From an uncultured Bacteroidaceae bacterium (GTDB lineage: Bacteria > Bacteroidota > Bacteroidia > Bacteroidales > Bacteroidaceae): a stretch of DNA of 29,360 bases. A program made the translations under genes and the position numbers. Within the stretch, counting starts at the first letter, position 1. Each line of letters starts with the position of its first letter. Where the stretch lies: the NCBI GenBank assembly GCA_964640785.1, contig CAZXIQ010000001.1:1-29360 (forward strand), written 5' to 3'. Shown piece after piece: positions 1-8,584 of this stretch. The notes under the pieces were generated by a model that searched no databases, was not told where the DNA came from, and worked only from the letters and a program-made list of their open reading frames with translations.

Positions 1-99
1 GCACAAAAAGTACATAATGAAAAACGACAACCGTTCAAATAGCAACTACTTATAAGGGTAAAAAAACTATAAAGAAAAAGAACCCTCAATCGCCATAAT

Positions 100-146
100 A
101 AAGACATGCTGCGCCAAAAATGAAACTTTTGGCGCAGCATGTCTTT
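100..146. repeat. Perfect 20-bp inverted repeat (REP/MITE-like palindrome, probable terminator)
   Basis: aaagacatgctgcgccaaaa (100-119), 7-nt loop, ttttggcgcagcatgtcttt (127-146). Lies downstream of the minus-strand operon and is related to the hairpin at 8531-8567. Confidence 0.85.
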
Positions 147-159
147 GGGTTGTCAATTA

Positions 160-181
160 TAACACCCCACAAGGGGTGTTA
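160..181 (-). terminator. Small hairpin downstream of the GDSL gene, possible terminator or 3' stabiliser
   Basis: taacacccc-acaa-ggggtgtta, 9-bp stem, 30 nt after the stop at 212. No clear U-tract. Confidence 0.45.
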
Positions 182-211
182 CAGAATATTATCTCAGAAA
201 AAACTCTTCGC

Positions 212-967
212 TCAATCGAGAGCATCAATTATACCCTCGGCCCAGAATTTTGCAAGTTTTTTCGCACCTTTGGCATTGGGGTGCAGATAGAAAGTACCGG
301 CATTTCCGCCCTCGGCGAAACAATACTTCTCATAGTTCTTGTGGAAATATTCAAAAGCATCATCGTCACCCATCATTGCATCGGCACGTTCGTCGGCAAG
401 CTCTTCGAGCACAGGTGTGTAGCCAATGAGACGGTTGAGGCCTTTCTGAAGATACTGTGCGCCATTGTAGGTGTTGGGACTGTACCATATAGGACGCTGG
501 AAGATGAATTTTGCGCCGGGAGCAATGGCCTTGAGCGCCTCCATAATGGTAATGAGGTTTTTCTTGTAATTATCGTTTGACACAGGGCATCCGGTGGGGC
601 CTGTGCATGCACTGTCGTTTGTTCCAAGCATTATGGAAAATACGATGGGAGCATCAGTCTGGGCCTGTATCTCTTTAACGGCTTTCTCCACGCGGGGGAA
701 GTAACGTTTGTGCGAAGGAAGAAAATCGTAGGTTGTAGCACCGCTCCATCCGCAGTTGCGCCAAACGACATTCGCCTTGAGTTTTTTGGCGAGAATCTGC
801 GAGGTGTACACCGGCGGAGCTGTCTCGTTGCGATTTTCGTGCAATGCACCATATGTTATACTGTTGCCAATGTATATTATGGCAAAATCTTTTTTACCGC
901 CGCCTGCGTATGCACATGTAAGAGCAAGCAGCATAACCATTGCTAATGAAAAAAGTTTACGTTTCAT
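212..967 (-). CDS. GDSL/SGNH-family esterase with signal peptide (probable carbohydrate O-acetylesterase)
   Basis: Block I IGNSITYG, block II GWSGATT, block III MLGTNDS, block V YLHPN. N-terminal signal peptide. Last gene of the GH97-SASA operon. Confidence 0.88.
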   Translation of the reverse strand: MKRKLFSLAMVMLLALTCAYAGGGKKDFAIIYIGNSITYGALHENRNETAPPVYTSQILAKKLKANVVWRNCGWSGATTYDFLPSHKRYFPRVEKAVKEIQAQTDAPIVFSIMLGTNDSACTGPTGCPVSNDNYKKNLITIMEALKAIAPGAKFIFQRPIWYSPNTYNGAQYLQKGLNRLIGYTPVLEELADERADAMMGDDDAFEYFHKNYEKYCFAEGGNAGTFYLHPNAKGAKKLAKFWAEGIIDALD

Positions 968-975
968 AATATTAT

Positions 976-2460
976 TTATCGTTTAAAAAGTTCATTTTCG
1001 GGAATTTCCCAATTATCTGTACGGAAAGGAGCAAGAGGCGTCCCCATGCCTGTAATTACATTAGCCTCTATGCTGTTGCGAAAAGCGTAACGCACGGCTA
1101 CGGGATTTTTCACAGAATCGCTCTCGACAGTTATACGGTCCGACACAGGCCACGAGTGACGCGCCTTTGCAGGATAGAATTTTCTGTCGGCGCCGGCAAC
1201 CTCAAAACCTTTGATGCTTATCACACGCATATTCTTGTCCACCCACGAGAAATTTTCGCCGACAGCATCATACTCGGCATTATCGGCCATGCCTGTGAAA
1301 CGCAGCACCACCTTGCTGCCATCGACCTGCATGCTTGCGTATCGGGGCGACTCGGCTCCAAACCCGGGAAGAGCGTAACTTTTATCGAGAGCTATTCCCG
1401 CAAGACGTTCGCCAACCTCGCGTTTAAAGGGCGGGTGTATGATTGAGGCAAAAGAGAGGTCGGTGGTGGGAGCCACATATACATTCTTCAAAGCCCCCGC
1501 AGCATAATATTGTCCCTCGATGACCACAGGCAGAGAGAGGTACTGTGCGCCGTCGTATCGATACTGAACAAGCTGGGCACAGAGGAAAGGCATATTATCG
1601 TCGCCCCACGCTCTGCGCCAATCCTTTATGAGTGAAACAAGCAGTTTGCCATAATCGAAAGCTCTGTCGCGGTTGGACTCACCCTGATACCAGATGAACC
1701 CTTTGGCCGTGAAACGTGTGACAGGATGTATCATTCCATTGTACATACTCTGCGGTGCAAAGCCGTTGCCATCGGGCTTGAGAGCGTAGTCGTGGTCGAT
1801 GCCCTCGGTAGCCTTTATAGCGTCGCGTGTCATCCACACTTCGGCTTTTGTGCCGCCCCAATAAGAGGTTACAAGCCCTACGGGCACTCCCAAAATATCT
1901 GTCAGCATGCGACCGAAGAAATATGCCGTCGCACTACACTCGGCAACATTCTTGGGAGTGGGCTTTTTCCACTCGCCCTTGCAATCATCCTGCGGAGTTT
2001 CGGTGCGGTTGCGACCGACGTTGAAGATGCGAATGTCGGGATGTGCGTAGCTCTCGCGTATAGCCTCGGCAGCACCCTGCACAGGCTGTGCCACAAAACC
2101 TTTGATGGGCATTTCCATATTCGACTGTCCGCCACACACCCACACTTCGCCCAAAAGTATGCCGCTGAGAGTAAGTTTGTCGCCATCGGAAAATTCAATT
2201 TCGTAAGGGCCGCCGGCCTCGCCGGTAACAACCTTCAGCGCCCATTTTCCGTTGCTGTCGCTCTTTGTCTTATACTTTTGTCCGTTCCACGAAGTGCGCA
2301 CTGTAACTGTGCGGTCGGGTGCAGCCTCGCCCCAAAGATTAACCTCACTGTTGCGCTGGAGCACCATGTCGTTGCCAAGCACCGACGGCAGTTTAACCGC
2401 AGCAATGGCAGCCGATGCTAAAGAAACAAGAATCGTCAGAAACAAAAATCGTCGTACCAT
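976..2460 (-). CDS. Sialate O-acetylesterase-like (SASA domain) carbohydrate esterase
   Basis: Motifs MVLQR, GEVWVCGGQSNM, WGGT, WYQGESN, IHP, PVAVRYAF, PFRTD. Signal peptide. Confidence 0.92.
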   Translation of the reverse strand: MVRRFLFLTILVSLASAAIAAVKLPSVLGNDMVLQRNSEVNLWGEAAPDRTVTVRTSWNGQKYKTKSDSNGKWALKVVTGEAGGPYEIEFSDGDKLTLSGILLGEVWVCGGQSNMEMPIKGFVAQPVQGAAEAIRESYAHPDIRIFNVGRNRTETPQDDCKGEWKKPTPKNVAECSATAYFFGRMLTDILGVPVGLVTSYWGGTKAEVWMTRDAIKATEGIDHDYALKPDGNGFAPQSMYNGMIHPVTRFTAKGFIWYQGESNRDRAFDYGKLLVSLIKDWRRAWGDDNMPFLCAQLVQYRYDGAQYLSLPVVIEGQYYAAGALKNVYVAPTTDLSFASIIHPPFKREVGERLAGIALDKSYALPGFGAESPRYASMQVDGSKVVLRFTGMADNAEYDAVGENFSWVDKNMRVISIKGFEVAGADRKFYPAKARHSWPVSDRITVESDSVKNPVAVRYAFRNSIEANVITGMGTPLAPFRTDNWEIPENELFKR

Positions 2461-2466
2461 AGTATT

Positions 2467-4452
2467 TTATTGTTTTTTTGTGAAAATTATTGCAAAGCCG
2501 CCACAAGCACCCATCTGTATGTTGAGCTTATCGGCAGCGGTCACAGTCTGCTCGGTAAGTTTATAATCCTCGGCCACGCGGTCTACATTAAGTCCGTCCT
2601 TATATATGCGGGCAGTATACTCGCCGGCGGGCAGGAAAGAGAGTGACACCTCTAACGAACGGGCGTCCCAATCATTGAAACCTCCAAGATAGAAATTATC
2701 GCCCTTCTTGCGCCCCATGACTATATATTTGCCAAACTCGCTCATGCTGACGAATGTGCTGTCGAACACCGCAGGAATAGCGTTTATAAAAGTTGTAGTC
2801 TCGCCCTCGCGAACATAATTCGTGGGCGAATCGCACAACACCGACACAGGCATGTCAAAAACAATGTATGCAGCCACCTGATGTGCGCGTGTACCTTGGC
2901 TCATGGGACGGTGGTCGATGGAGCGGAACATTTCGCGTGTGCGGTTGAGCATGGCTCCGGGAGTGTAGTCGAGCGGGCCGGCCGTCTGTCGCATAAAAGG
3001 TATCATAAGGTCGTTCTTTGCCATGTCAGCCACCTTTCTGTCGGTCCATTTTAGCTGTTCAAGCCCGAACACCGACTCAAAGTTCACAATGTTTGGATAG
3101 GTGCGGTTAAGACCTTTGGGCACATATACTCCATGCAGGTTGAGTATCATCTTATATTTTGCAGCCGTCTGTGCCATGCTGTATGTGCGAGTGATGAGGT
3201 TCTGGTCCTGACGTTCGAAAAAGTCGAGTTTAAAGCCTGCAATACCCATTTTGGAGTAGTAGGCACAAACCTCCTCGGCCTGTTTGTCAAAGGCGTCACC
3301 CACCATCCACAATATGAGGCGTATGTTTTTTCCTTTGGCATATTCGCACAGCATGGGAATGTCAAGCGCAGGATTGGCATCCATCACATTTCTATTGTGG
3401 TAGGAGTACCAACCGTCGTCTATAAGCACGTAGTCGAAATTGTATTTTGCTGCGAAATCTATGTAATATTTATATGTGTCGTTATTAAAGCCCACCTTAA
3501 AATCGACATTGTAAATGGAGCAGTGGTTCCACCAGTCCCACGTTGAATGCCCCGGCTTTATCCACGAGGTATCTTCTATGCGGCAGGGCGAGGCAAGAGC
3601 ATACACCATATTGTTTACGGGAATCTGTTTCTCGTCGGCAGCATAGGCCACGATGCGCCAAGGAAACGTGCGGTTACCCTTTATCGACGCAATATACGGG
3701 GCACGTTCCGACACGCGCAACACTCCGTTCGAGGTATCTTTGTGCTTAAGCGGATAGGGAGGAAACTCACCTACAAACCCCGGTTTTTCGCTATTGCAGT
3801 TGATGAACATTCCGGGGTAATCCTCTACGTCCGATTCGAGCAACACAACCTTGCCACCACCATCGTAGTGTACCATTATAGGCATGAAACTGAGACGACC
3901 GCCATGATTCTTGAAGTTGGACAGAGGCTCATAGTCGTACTGCTTTTCGAAACTTGCAATATATTTGTCGCTGAAGAGGTCGCTGTAAGGAAGCGTAACA
4001 TTGTAATCTTTGTCGAAATTAAACTCAACCGTCTCGTTCTTTATGTTTATATCTTTTTTATAGGTGGTGAAAAGCCTATATGCAACACCATCGTTAAAAG
4101 CTCGTGCCTCGATGCCCCAATTGCCACGCATTTTCAGTCTGATGCTGTTGTACTCGCTCTTGAAACTGCTCTGACGATAGAGGGGAGCAACAATCGTTTC
4201 GCTGTTGCTGCCTTTGCGTACGCTTGTCACTTTGGGGTTGCTGCCGAGCAACGTGCCATCTTCAAGCTCAAGAGCTATTGCCGATGGTGCAACAAGTGTC
4301 ATGTCACCGGCTTTCACCGAGTAGGTAACATTTTCGCCAACGTCGATAGTCATTGTCAAATTACCGTCCGGGCTTGTTACCGTATAACTTTTAGCCGATA
4401 CAGTGTAGATGCTTAATGTAAAAAGCAAAAGTAAAAAGAGTGTTTTTTTCAT
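2467..4452 (-). CDS. GH97 glycoside hydrolase, retaining type (alpha-galactosidase/alpha-glucosidase-like)
   Basis: VTSPDG N-terminus, RAFNDGVAYR, SWIKPG..WDWW, YYIDFAA, IDDGW, GFKLDF, RTYPN, GPLDYTPG. Signal peptide. Confidence 0.93.
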   Translation of the reverse strand: MKKTLFLLLLFTLSIYTVSAKSYTVTSPDGNLTMTIDVGENVTYSVKAGDMTLVAPSAIALELEDGTLLGSNPKVTSVRKGSNSETIVAPLYRQSSFKSEYNSIRLKMRGNWGIEARAFNDGVAYRLFTTYKKDINIKNETVEFNFDKDYNVTLPYSDLFSDKYIASFEKQYDYEPLSNFKNHGGRLSFMPIMVHYDGGGKVVLLESDVEDYPGMFINCNSEKPGFVGEFPPYPLKHKDTSNGVLRVSERAPYIASIKGNRTFPWRIVAYAADEKQIPVNNMVYALASPCRIEDTSWIKPGHSTWDWWNHCSIYNVDFKVGFNNDTYKYYIDFAAKYNFDYVLIDDGWYSYHNRNVMDANPALDIPMLCEYAKGKNIRLILWMVGDAFDKQAEEVCAYYSKMGIAGFKLDFFERQDQNLITRTYSMAQTAAKYKMILNLHGVYVPKGLNRTYPNIVNFESVFGLEQLKWTDRKVADMAKNDLMIPFMRQTAGPLDYTPGAMLNRTREMFRSIDHRPMSQGTRAHQVAAYIVFDMPVSVLCDSPTNYVREGETTTFINAIPAVFDSTFVSMSEFGKYIVMGRKKGDNFYLGGFNDWDARSLEVSLSFLPAGEYTARIYKDGLNVDRVAEDYKLTEQTVTAADKLNIQMGACGGFAIIFTKKQ

Positions 4453-4472
4453 ATTATTATCTGTTTAAAGGA

Positions 4473-4480
4473 CAAAGATA
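4473..4480 (-). promoter_or_regulatory. Bacteroidetes -7 promoter box for the GH97 operon
   Basis: TATCTTTG on the minus strand matches TAnnTTTG, ~20 nt upstream of the GH97 ATG. No TTTG at canonical -33 spacing. Confidence 0.65.
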
Positions 4481-4493
4481 TAATTTTTAACAT

Positions 4494-4534
4494 AAAAAGG
4501 CGACAGTACCAAACTTTATTTAGTACTGTCGCTT
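4494..4534 (-). terminator. Rho-independent terminator of the lipoprotein gene
   Basis: gcgacagtac (4500-4509) pairs with gtactgtcgc (4523-4532), followed on the minus strand by a U-run, ~10 nt after the stop at 4545. Confidence 0.75.
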
Positions 4535-4544
4535 GAATTTTGCA

Positions 4545-5180
4545 TTATAATGTAACTTTTACATTCTTCTCCTCGCGCAAAAGTCTTTTGTCTATTTTTC
4601 CATTATCATCGACCGTCACCTTATACCGATAAACATTACAATAGCCATCGTAGGCACTTTCTACATCTTGGAAAATATATTGTGTGTAAATAATTTCATT
4701 TCCATCGGTCGAAAATTCCATTTTATATGTCTCAAGGTCGCTACCCGTGCCTACCGTTGCAAAATCAATCATATTCCCCTTTTTATCGTATGTGACCAAT
4801 GTATTTTCGTCGTATGGATACCATGCTGTTTTTGTAACATCACAACAAGCCTCCATCGACACTAAATAATAATTCTTTTTCTCTATTTTGTAACATGGGC
4901 GATAGTAAAGTTCTTTTGTTACACAATTACATTCATCGTCGTAAGGTAATAAAAAAGAGAAATAATACTTGTTTATTTCAGGGCTCAATCTTTCGCCCGG
5001 AAATTGTTTGCGCACCCTGAAGAACGACGCATCCAACTGCTTGCCATCAAATTGCGCAAACTGTGTGAGAAAAGAATCAAACTTTTCTTTATGCTGCTCA
5101 TAAACAACATTGGGGTTGCAACCATTTGAACAGCTCCAAAATAAGAAAATGCAAATAATAGGCGTAAATAACAGTCTCAT
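4545..5180 (-). CDS. Hypothetical Cys-rich lipoprotein
   Basis: 211 aa, lipobox-like FWS-C17, nine Cys in total, visibly more AT-rich than neighbours, own terminator. Confidence 0.8.
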   Translation of the reverse strand: MRLLFTPIICIFLFWSCSNGCNPNVVYEQHKEKFDSFLTQFAQFDGKQLDASFFRVRKQFPGERLSPEINKYYFSFLLPYDDECNCVTKELYYRPCYKIEKKNYYLVSMEACCDVTKTAWYPYDENTLVTYDKKGNMIDFATVGTGSDLETYKMEFSTDGNEIIYTQYIFQDVESAYDGYCNVYRYKVTVDDNGKIDKRLLREEKNVKVTL

Positions 5181-5293
5181 ATTATTTTATTCAAAATGAT
5201 AGGTTCCCTGTAATTAAACAGGCCATCAAAGTTATTTACATTTTTAGTATTTCCAAAATGTGATTTATTTTTTATTTGTTTTACAGATTGTCG
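5177..5293 (-). pseudogene. Possible 3' remnant of a lost upstream partner gene
   Basis: 38 open codons (RQSVKQIKNKSHFGNTKNVNNFDGLFNYREPIILNKII*) whose TGA overlaps the lipoprotein ATG (ATGA). Same frame as ORF 5294..5503, separated by one TAA. Confidence 0.3.
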
Positions 5294-5474
5294 TTATATA
5301 ACGTCAGTTGATAATCGACACATAATTTCACAATGCTCCGACGTTGAAAAACTGCCACCCGAATCAATGATACTCAAATAATATTTCAAGTTTGCATAAA
5401 GACATATTACGCGAAACAAGAAAAGTTGAAGTAAAAAAGTCGGTCGTTTATTGGGTTGTTTGCAGATTATAAAG

Positions 5475-5482
5475 TAAATTCG
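5475..5482 (+). promoter_or_regulatory. Probable -7 promoter box for DASS-porin
   Basis: TAAATTCG(CA), one mismatch to TAnnTTTG, ~23 nt upstream of ATG 5506. Confidence 0.45.
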
Positions 5483-5505
5483 CACAGTTTCTAACAAATA
5501 CAAAC

Positions 5506-6963
5506 ATGACTTTAAAAAGAATACTTGCCTTTCTAAGAAGAAGGGACGTGATTAAAACTATTATCGTATCGCTTATTTCGCTTATTATTTGGTGGTTGCC
5601 TACAAGCATTTTCGGAATAGAGGGACTTACTGTGTTGCAGCACCGTGTTATTGCAATCTTTGTCTTTGCAGCGCTCATGTGGATAACAGAGACTGTGCCT
5701 GCGTGGGTAACCTCGGTACTTATCATAGTCATAATGTTGCTGACGGTGTCGAACAGCGGCATCACCCCACTTGTAAATTATATTCCCAAAGAGGAACTTG
5801 TGAGCTATAAATCCATCATGTACACCTTTGCCGACCAAACGGTGATGCTGTTCCTCGGAGGTTTTGTGCTTGCAATCGTTGCGTCGAAATACGGAGTGGA
5901 TGTAACACTTGCACGTGCATTGCTTAAGCCATTCGGCACACGTTCGAACACTGTACTTTTGGGCTTTCTCATGGTGACTGCATTTTTCTCCATGTTTGTA
6001 AGTAACACTGCCACTGCGGCAATGATGCTTACTTTTCTAACCCCGGTGCTCAAGATGTTGCCCCCCGACGGCGGCGGACGCATTTCACTTGCACTTGCAA
6101 TTCCCATAGGCAGTAACATCGGCGGCATCGCTACGCCCATTGGCACGCCCCCCAACGGCATTGCATTAGGCTACCTGAACGACGTTGAAGGACTGAACTT
6201 GGGAATAACATTCGGCCAATGGTTCATGGCTATGTTCCCATTGATGCTGATTATTGTGATAATCGCATGGTACATATTAAAGACAATGTACCCTTTTAAA
6301 GCCAAGGAAATAAAGCTCGAAATTAAAGGCGGCGCACGTAACAACTGGCGCACCAACCTTATATATGTAACATTTGCCGTTACTATTGCTCTGTGGATGT
6401 TCGAGAAAATAGTGGGAATGAATTCTTATGTTGTTGCGCTTATTCCGGTAGGTGTATTCTGTGCAACAGGCATCTTCAACACCGACGACCTTAAAGAGAT
6501 TGAGTGGAGCGTACTGTGGATGGTTGCCGGAGGCTTTGCGTTAGGCGTGGGAATGGACAAGACAGGCCTTGCAAAAACCTTGGTCGAGGCTATTCCTTTC
6601 AACGAATGGCCTGTGATTGCGGTGATTATAGGTAGCGGACTACTATGTTGGGCATTATCGCAATTTATTTCAAACTCGGCGGCTACGGCGCTTATGGTGC
6701 CCATTCTCGCCGCAGTCGGCAAAGGAATGGGTCCCCTGCTTGACGAGGCAGGAGGCATAGGTACACTGCTCATAGGTATTGCCCTGTCGGCATCTTTCGC
6801 AATGGCACTGCCTGTAAGTACACCCCCCAATGCCATCGCCTACTCAACGGGGCTTATAACCTCGTCGCAAATGGCACGCGCAGGCATAATAGTAGGTGTT
6901 ATTTCACTTATTCTCGGCTACTCGCTGCTGTTCGCATTGGGTAGCATAGGTTATTTTGCATAA
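5506..6963 (+). CDS. SLC13/DASS family divalent anion:sodium symporter
   Basis: Very hydrophobic 485 aa. Motifs SMFVSNTATAAMM, GGIATPIGTPPN, FISNSAA, LPVSTPPNAIAY. Confidence 0.93.
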   Translation: MTLKRILAFLRRRDVIKTIIVSLISLIIWWLPTSIFGIEGLTVLQHRVIAIFVFAALMWITETVPAWVTSVLIIVIMLLTVSNSGITPLVNYIPKEELVSYKSIMYTFADQTVMLFLGGFVLAIVASKYGVDVTLARALLKPFGTRSNTVLLGFLMVTAFFSMFVSNTATAAMMLTFLTPVLKMLPPDGGGRISLALAIPIGSNIGGIATPIGTPPNGIALGYLNDVEGLNLGITFGQWFMAMFPLMLIIVIIAWYILKTMYPFKAKEIKLEIKGGARNNWRTNLIYVTFAVTIALWMFEKIVGMNSYVVALIPVGVFCATGIFNTDDLKEIEWSVLWMVAGGFALGVGMDKTGLAKTLVEAIPFNEWPVIAVIIGSGLLCWALSQFISNSAATALMVPILAAVGKGMGPLLDEAGGIGTLLIGIALSASFAMALPVSTPPNAIAYSTGLITSSQMARAGIIVGVISLILGYSLLFALGSIGYFA

Positions 6964-6981
6964 TATATTAAATCTGTTAAT

Positions 6982-8241
6982 ATGAAAAAATCCATTCTTA
7001 CTATTGCCGCAGTATGCCTTGCGCTTTGTGGCTTTGCACAAGAGAAAAAGATAACTTTCAAGCCTTACGGCTTTGTGCGCAACTATGCGGCGTTCGACTC
7101 GCGCGACAACCTTAGCAGCAACAGTGACCAATTTAACATGATTCCCAAGGACGAGGCTCTTAACAGCTACGGCGACGACCTTAACAAAAAACAGGACATT
7201 CTGTTGTTGAGTATCACCACACGCTTGGGACTGAACATCACAGGCCCCGAGTTTTTGGGTGCAAAAACCTCGGCAAAGATAGAGTCGGACTTTGCCGGAT
7301 TCGGCACCAGCAACACTGTGCTTCGCATACGTCAGGCGTACGCAAAGATGGATTGGGAAAAAGACAACCTGCTTGTGGGACAAGCGTGGCACCCGATGAT
7401 GGGCGACATGATGCCCGACGTGTTCAGCCTTGCAACAGGTGCGCCTTTTACCCCCTTCAGCCGCTCGCCTCAAGTGCGTTACGACCGCCTTGCGGGTAAT
7501 TTCAAACTTACAGCAACCGCACTTTACCAGTTCCAATATCTGTCTTACGGGCCCGAGGCCAACAATCTTGAAAAATCGGCAACCTCGATAGACTATGCCC
7601 GCAAGGCACTTATCCCCGAACTTTACCTTCAGGCAATGTACAAGAAGGGCGACTTTATGGCCGGCGCGGGCGTGGATATTCTTACACTTAAGCCACGCAC
7701 CGAATATACCGACGCCGAGGGGGTAAAAATGCTATCCGACGAACTTGTAACAAGCATCAGCCCCACAGCATTTTTCTCGTACAAAGAGAGTAACTGGGGC
7801 ATAAAAGGCCGCGTGACATACGCACAAAATGCCTCGCACCTGAACATGCTCAGCGGCTACGGAGTGACAAAAGTGAAAGATAGCGGCGAGGTTGAATATG
7901 GCAGCCTCAGCAGCGTTACCGCGTGGGTAGATGTAACCTACAAACAGCAGTTGAAAAAAGGCACGCTCACCTACTGTCTTTTCGGTGGTTACGGCAAAAA
8001 CCTCGGCTGCAAGGATGACTTTGTCAGTGCAAGCATGATGTACGTGCGCGGTTACAAGAATATCGACAACTTCTGGCGCGTATCGCCCAGCCTGCTCTAC
8101 ACACACAATGCCATGCAGATTGGCCTTGAATATGAGCCTACAACAGTCGGTTACGGCAGCATGAAAGCCGACGGCAGTGTAAAGAAAGAGCGTTCGGTTA
8201 CCAACCACAGAATATGTGCATTGCTGAAATATAACTTCTAA
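6982..8241 (+). CDS. Outer-membrane beta-barrel porin, DcaP-like
   Basis: Signal peptide, YGFVR, TRLG, IESDF, LRIRQAY, LLVGQAW, RSPQVRY, IPEL, and C-terminal ..KYNF barrel signature. Confidence 0.8.
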   Translation: MKKSILTIAAVCLALCGFAQEKKITFKPYGFVRNYAAFDSRDNLSSNSDQFNMIPKDEALNSYGDDLNKKQDILLLSITTRLGLNITGPEFLGAKTSAKIESDFAGFGTSNTVLRIRQAYAKMDWEKDNLLVGQAWHPMMGDMMPDVFSLATGAPFTPFSRSPQVRYDRLAGNFKLTATALYQFQYLSYGPEANNLEKSATSIDYARKALIPELYLQAMYKKGDFMAGAGVDILTLKPRTEYTDAEGVKMLSDELVTSISPTAFFSYKESNWGIKGRVTYAQNASHLNMLSGYGVTKVKDSGEVEYGSLSSVTAWVDVTYKQQLKKGTLTYCLFGGYGKNLGCKDDFVSASMMYVRGYKNIDNFWRVSPSLLYTHNAMQIGLEYEPTTVGYGSMKADGSVKKERSVTNHRICALLKYNF

Positions 8242-8291
8242 TCAGGCCGACATTTCGGTAATTTGTACACCATCATTAATTTAACAGAACG

Positions 8292-8525
8292 ATGAAATAC
8301 GATGTGTTTATAAGCTATTCTCGCAAGGATAAGAAGATTGTGAGTAAGTTTATAACTACGCTTAAGAATCGCGGATATAGATTATGGATGGACGTTGATG
8401 GCATTGAAAGTGGCGATGCTTAAAAAAAAGAAATAGTAAATGCCATACGAAACTCAGCGCTGTTTTTGTTCTTTTCGTCCAAAAACGCAAATGATTCGGT
8501 TTACACAACGCAGCTAATAGACTAA
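8292..8525 (+). pseudogene. TIR-domain (TIR_2-like) gene remnant
   Basis: Hand translation: MKYDVFISYSRKDKKIVSKFITTLKNRGYRLWMDVDGIESGDA*KKEIVNAIRNSALFLFFSSKNANDSVYTTQLID*. Box-1 YDVFISYSRKD, in-frame TAA at 8421-8423, truncated near helix alphaC. Confidence 0.85.
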
Positions 8526-8530
8526 AATAT

Positions 8531-8567
8531 TGAGGCTGTGCCAAATTTCCATTTTGGCACAGCCTCA
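8531..8567. repeat. Perfect 15-bp inverted repeat between convergent genes (REP/MITE-like, probable bidirectional terminator)
   Basis: tgaggctgtgccaaa (8531-8545), 7-nt loop, tttggcacagcctca (8553-8567). Confidence 0.85.
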
Positions 8568-8584
8568 TAAAATTTACATCAACA

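Noticed and set aside
1..99. Possible 3' end of a plus-strand gene or IS end
   Set aside because: Only short open frames with no recognisable motif, and too little context at the window edge.
3547..4416. 289-aa plus-strand ORF
   Set aside because: Antisense shadow of GH97 with no recognisable motifs.
5294..5503. 69-aa minus-strand ORF as an intact gene
   Set aside because: It overlaps the DASS promoter and has no motifs. Considered only as part of a possible remnant.
8421..8429. A8 run as a phase-variable switch for the TIR gene
   Set aside because: The TAA persists whatever the run length, and the gene is truncated downstream anyway.
8362..8568. 68-aa minus ORF and 101-aa plus ORF (8530) both starting MRLCQ
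   Set aside because: The shared start is an artefact of the palindrome. The region is explained by the TIR remnant and the SASA gene.
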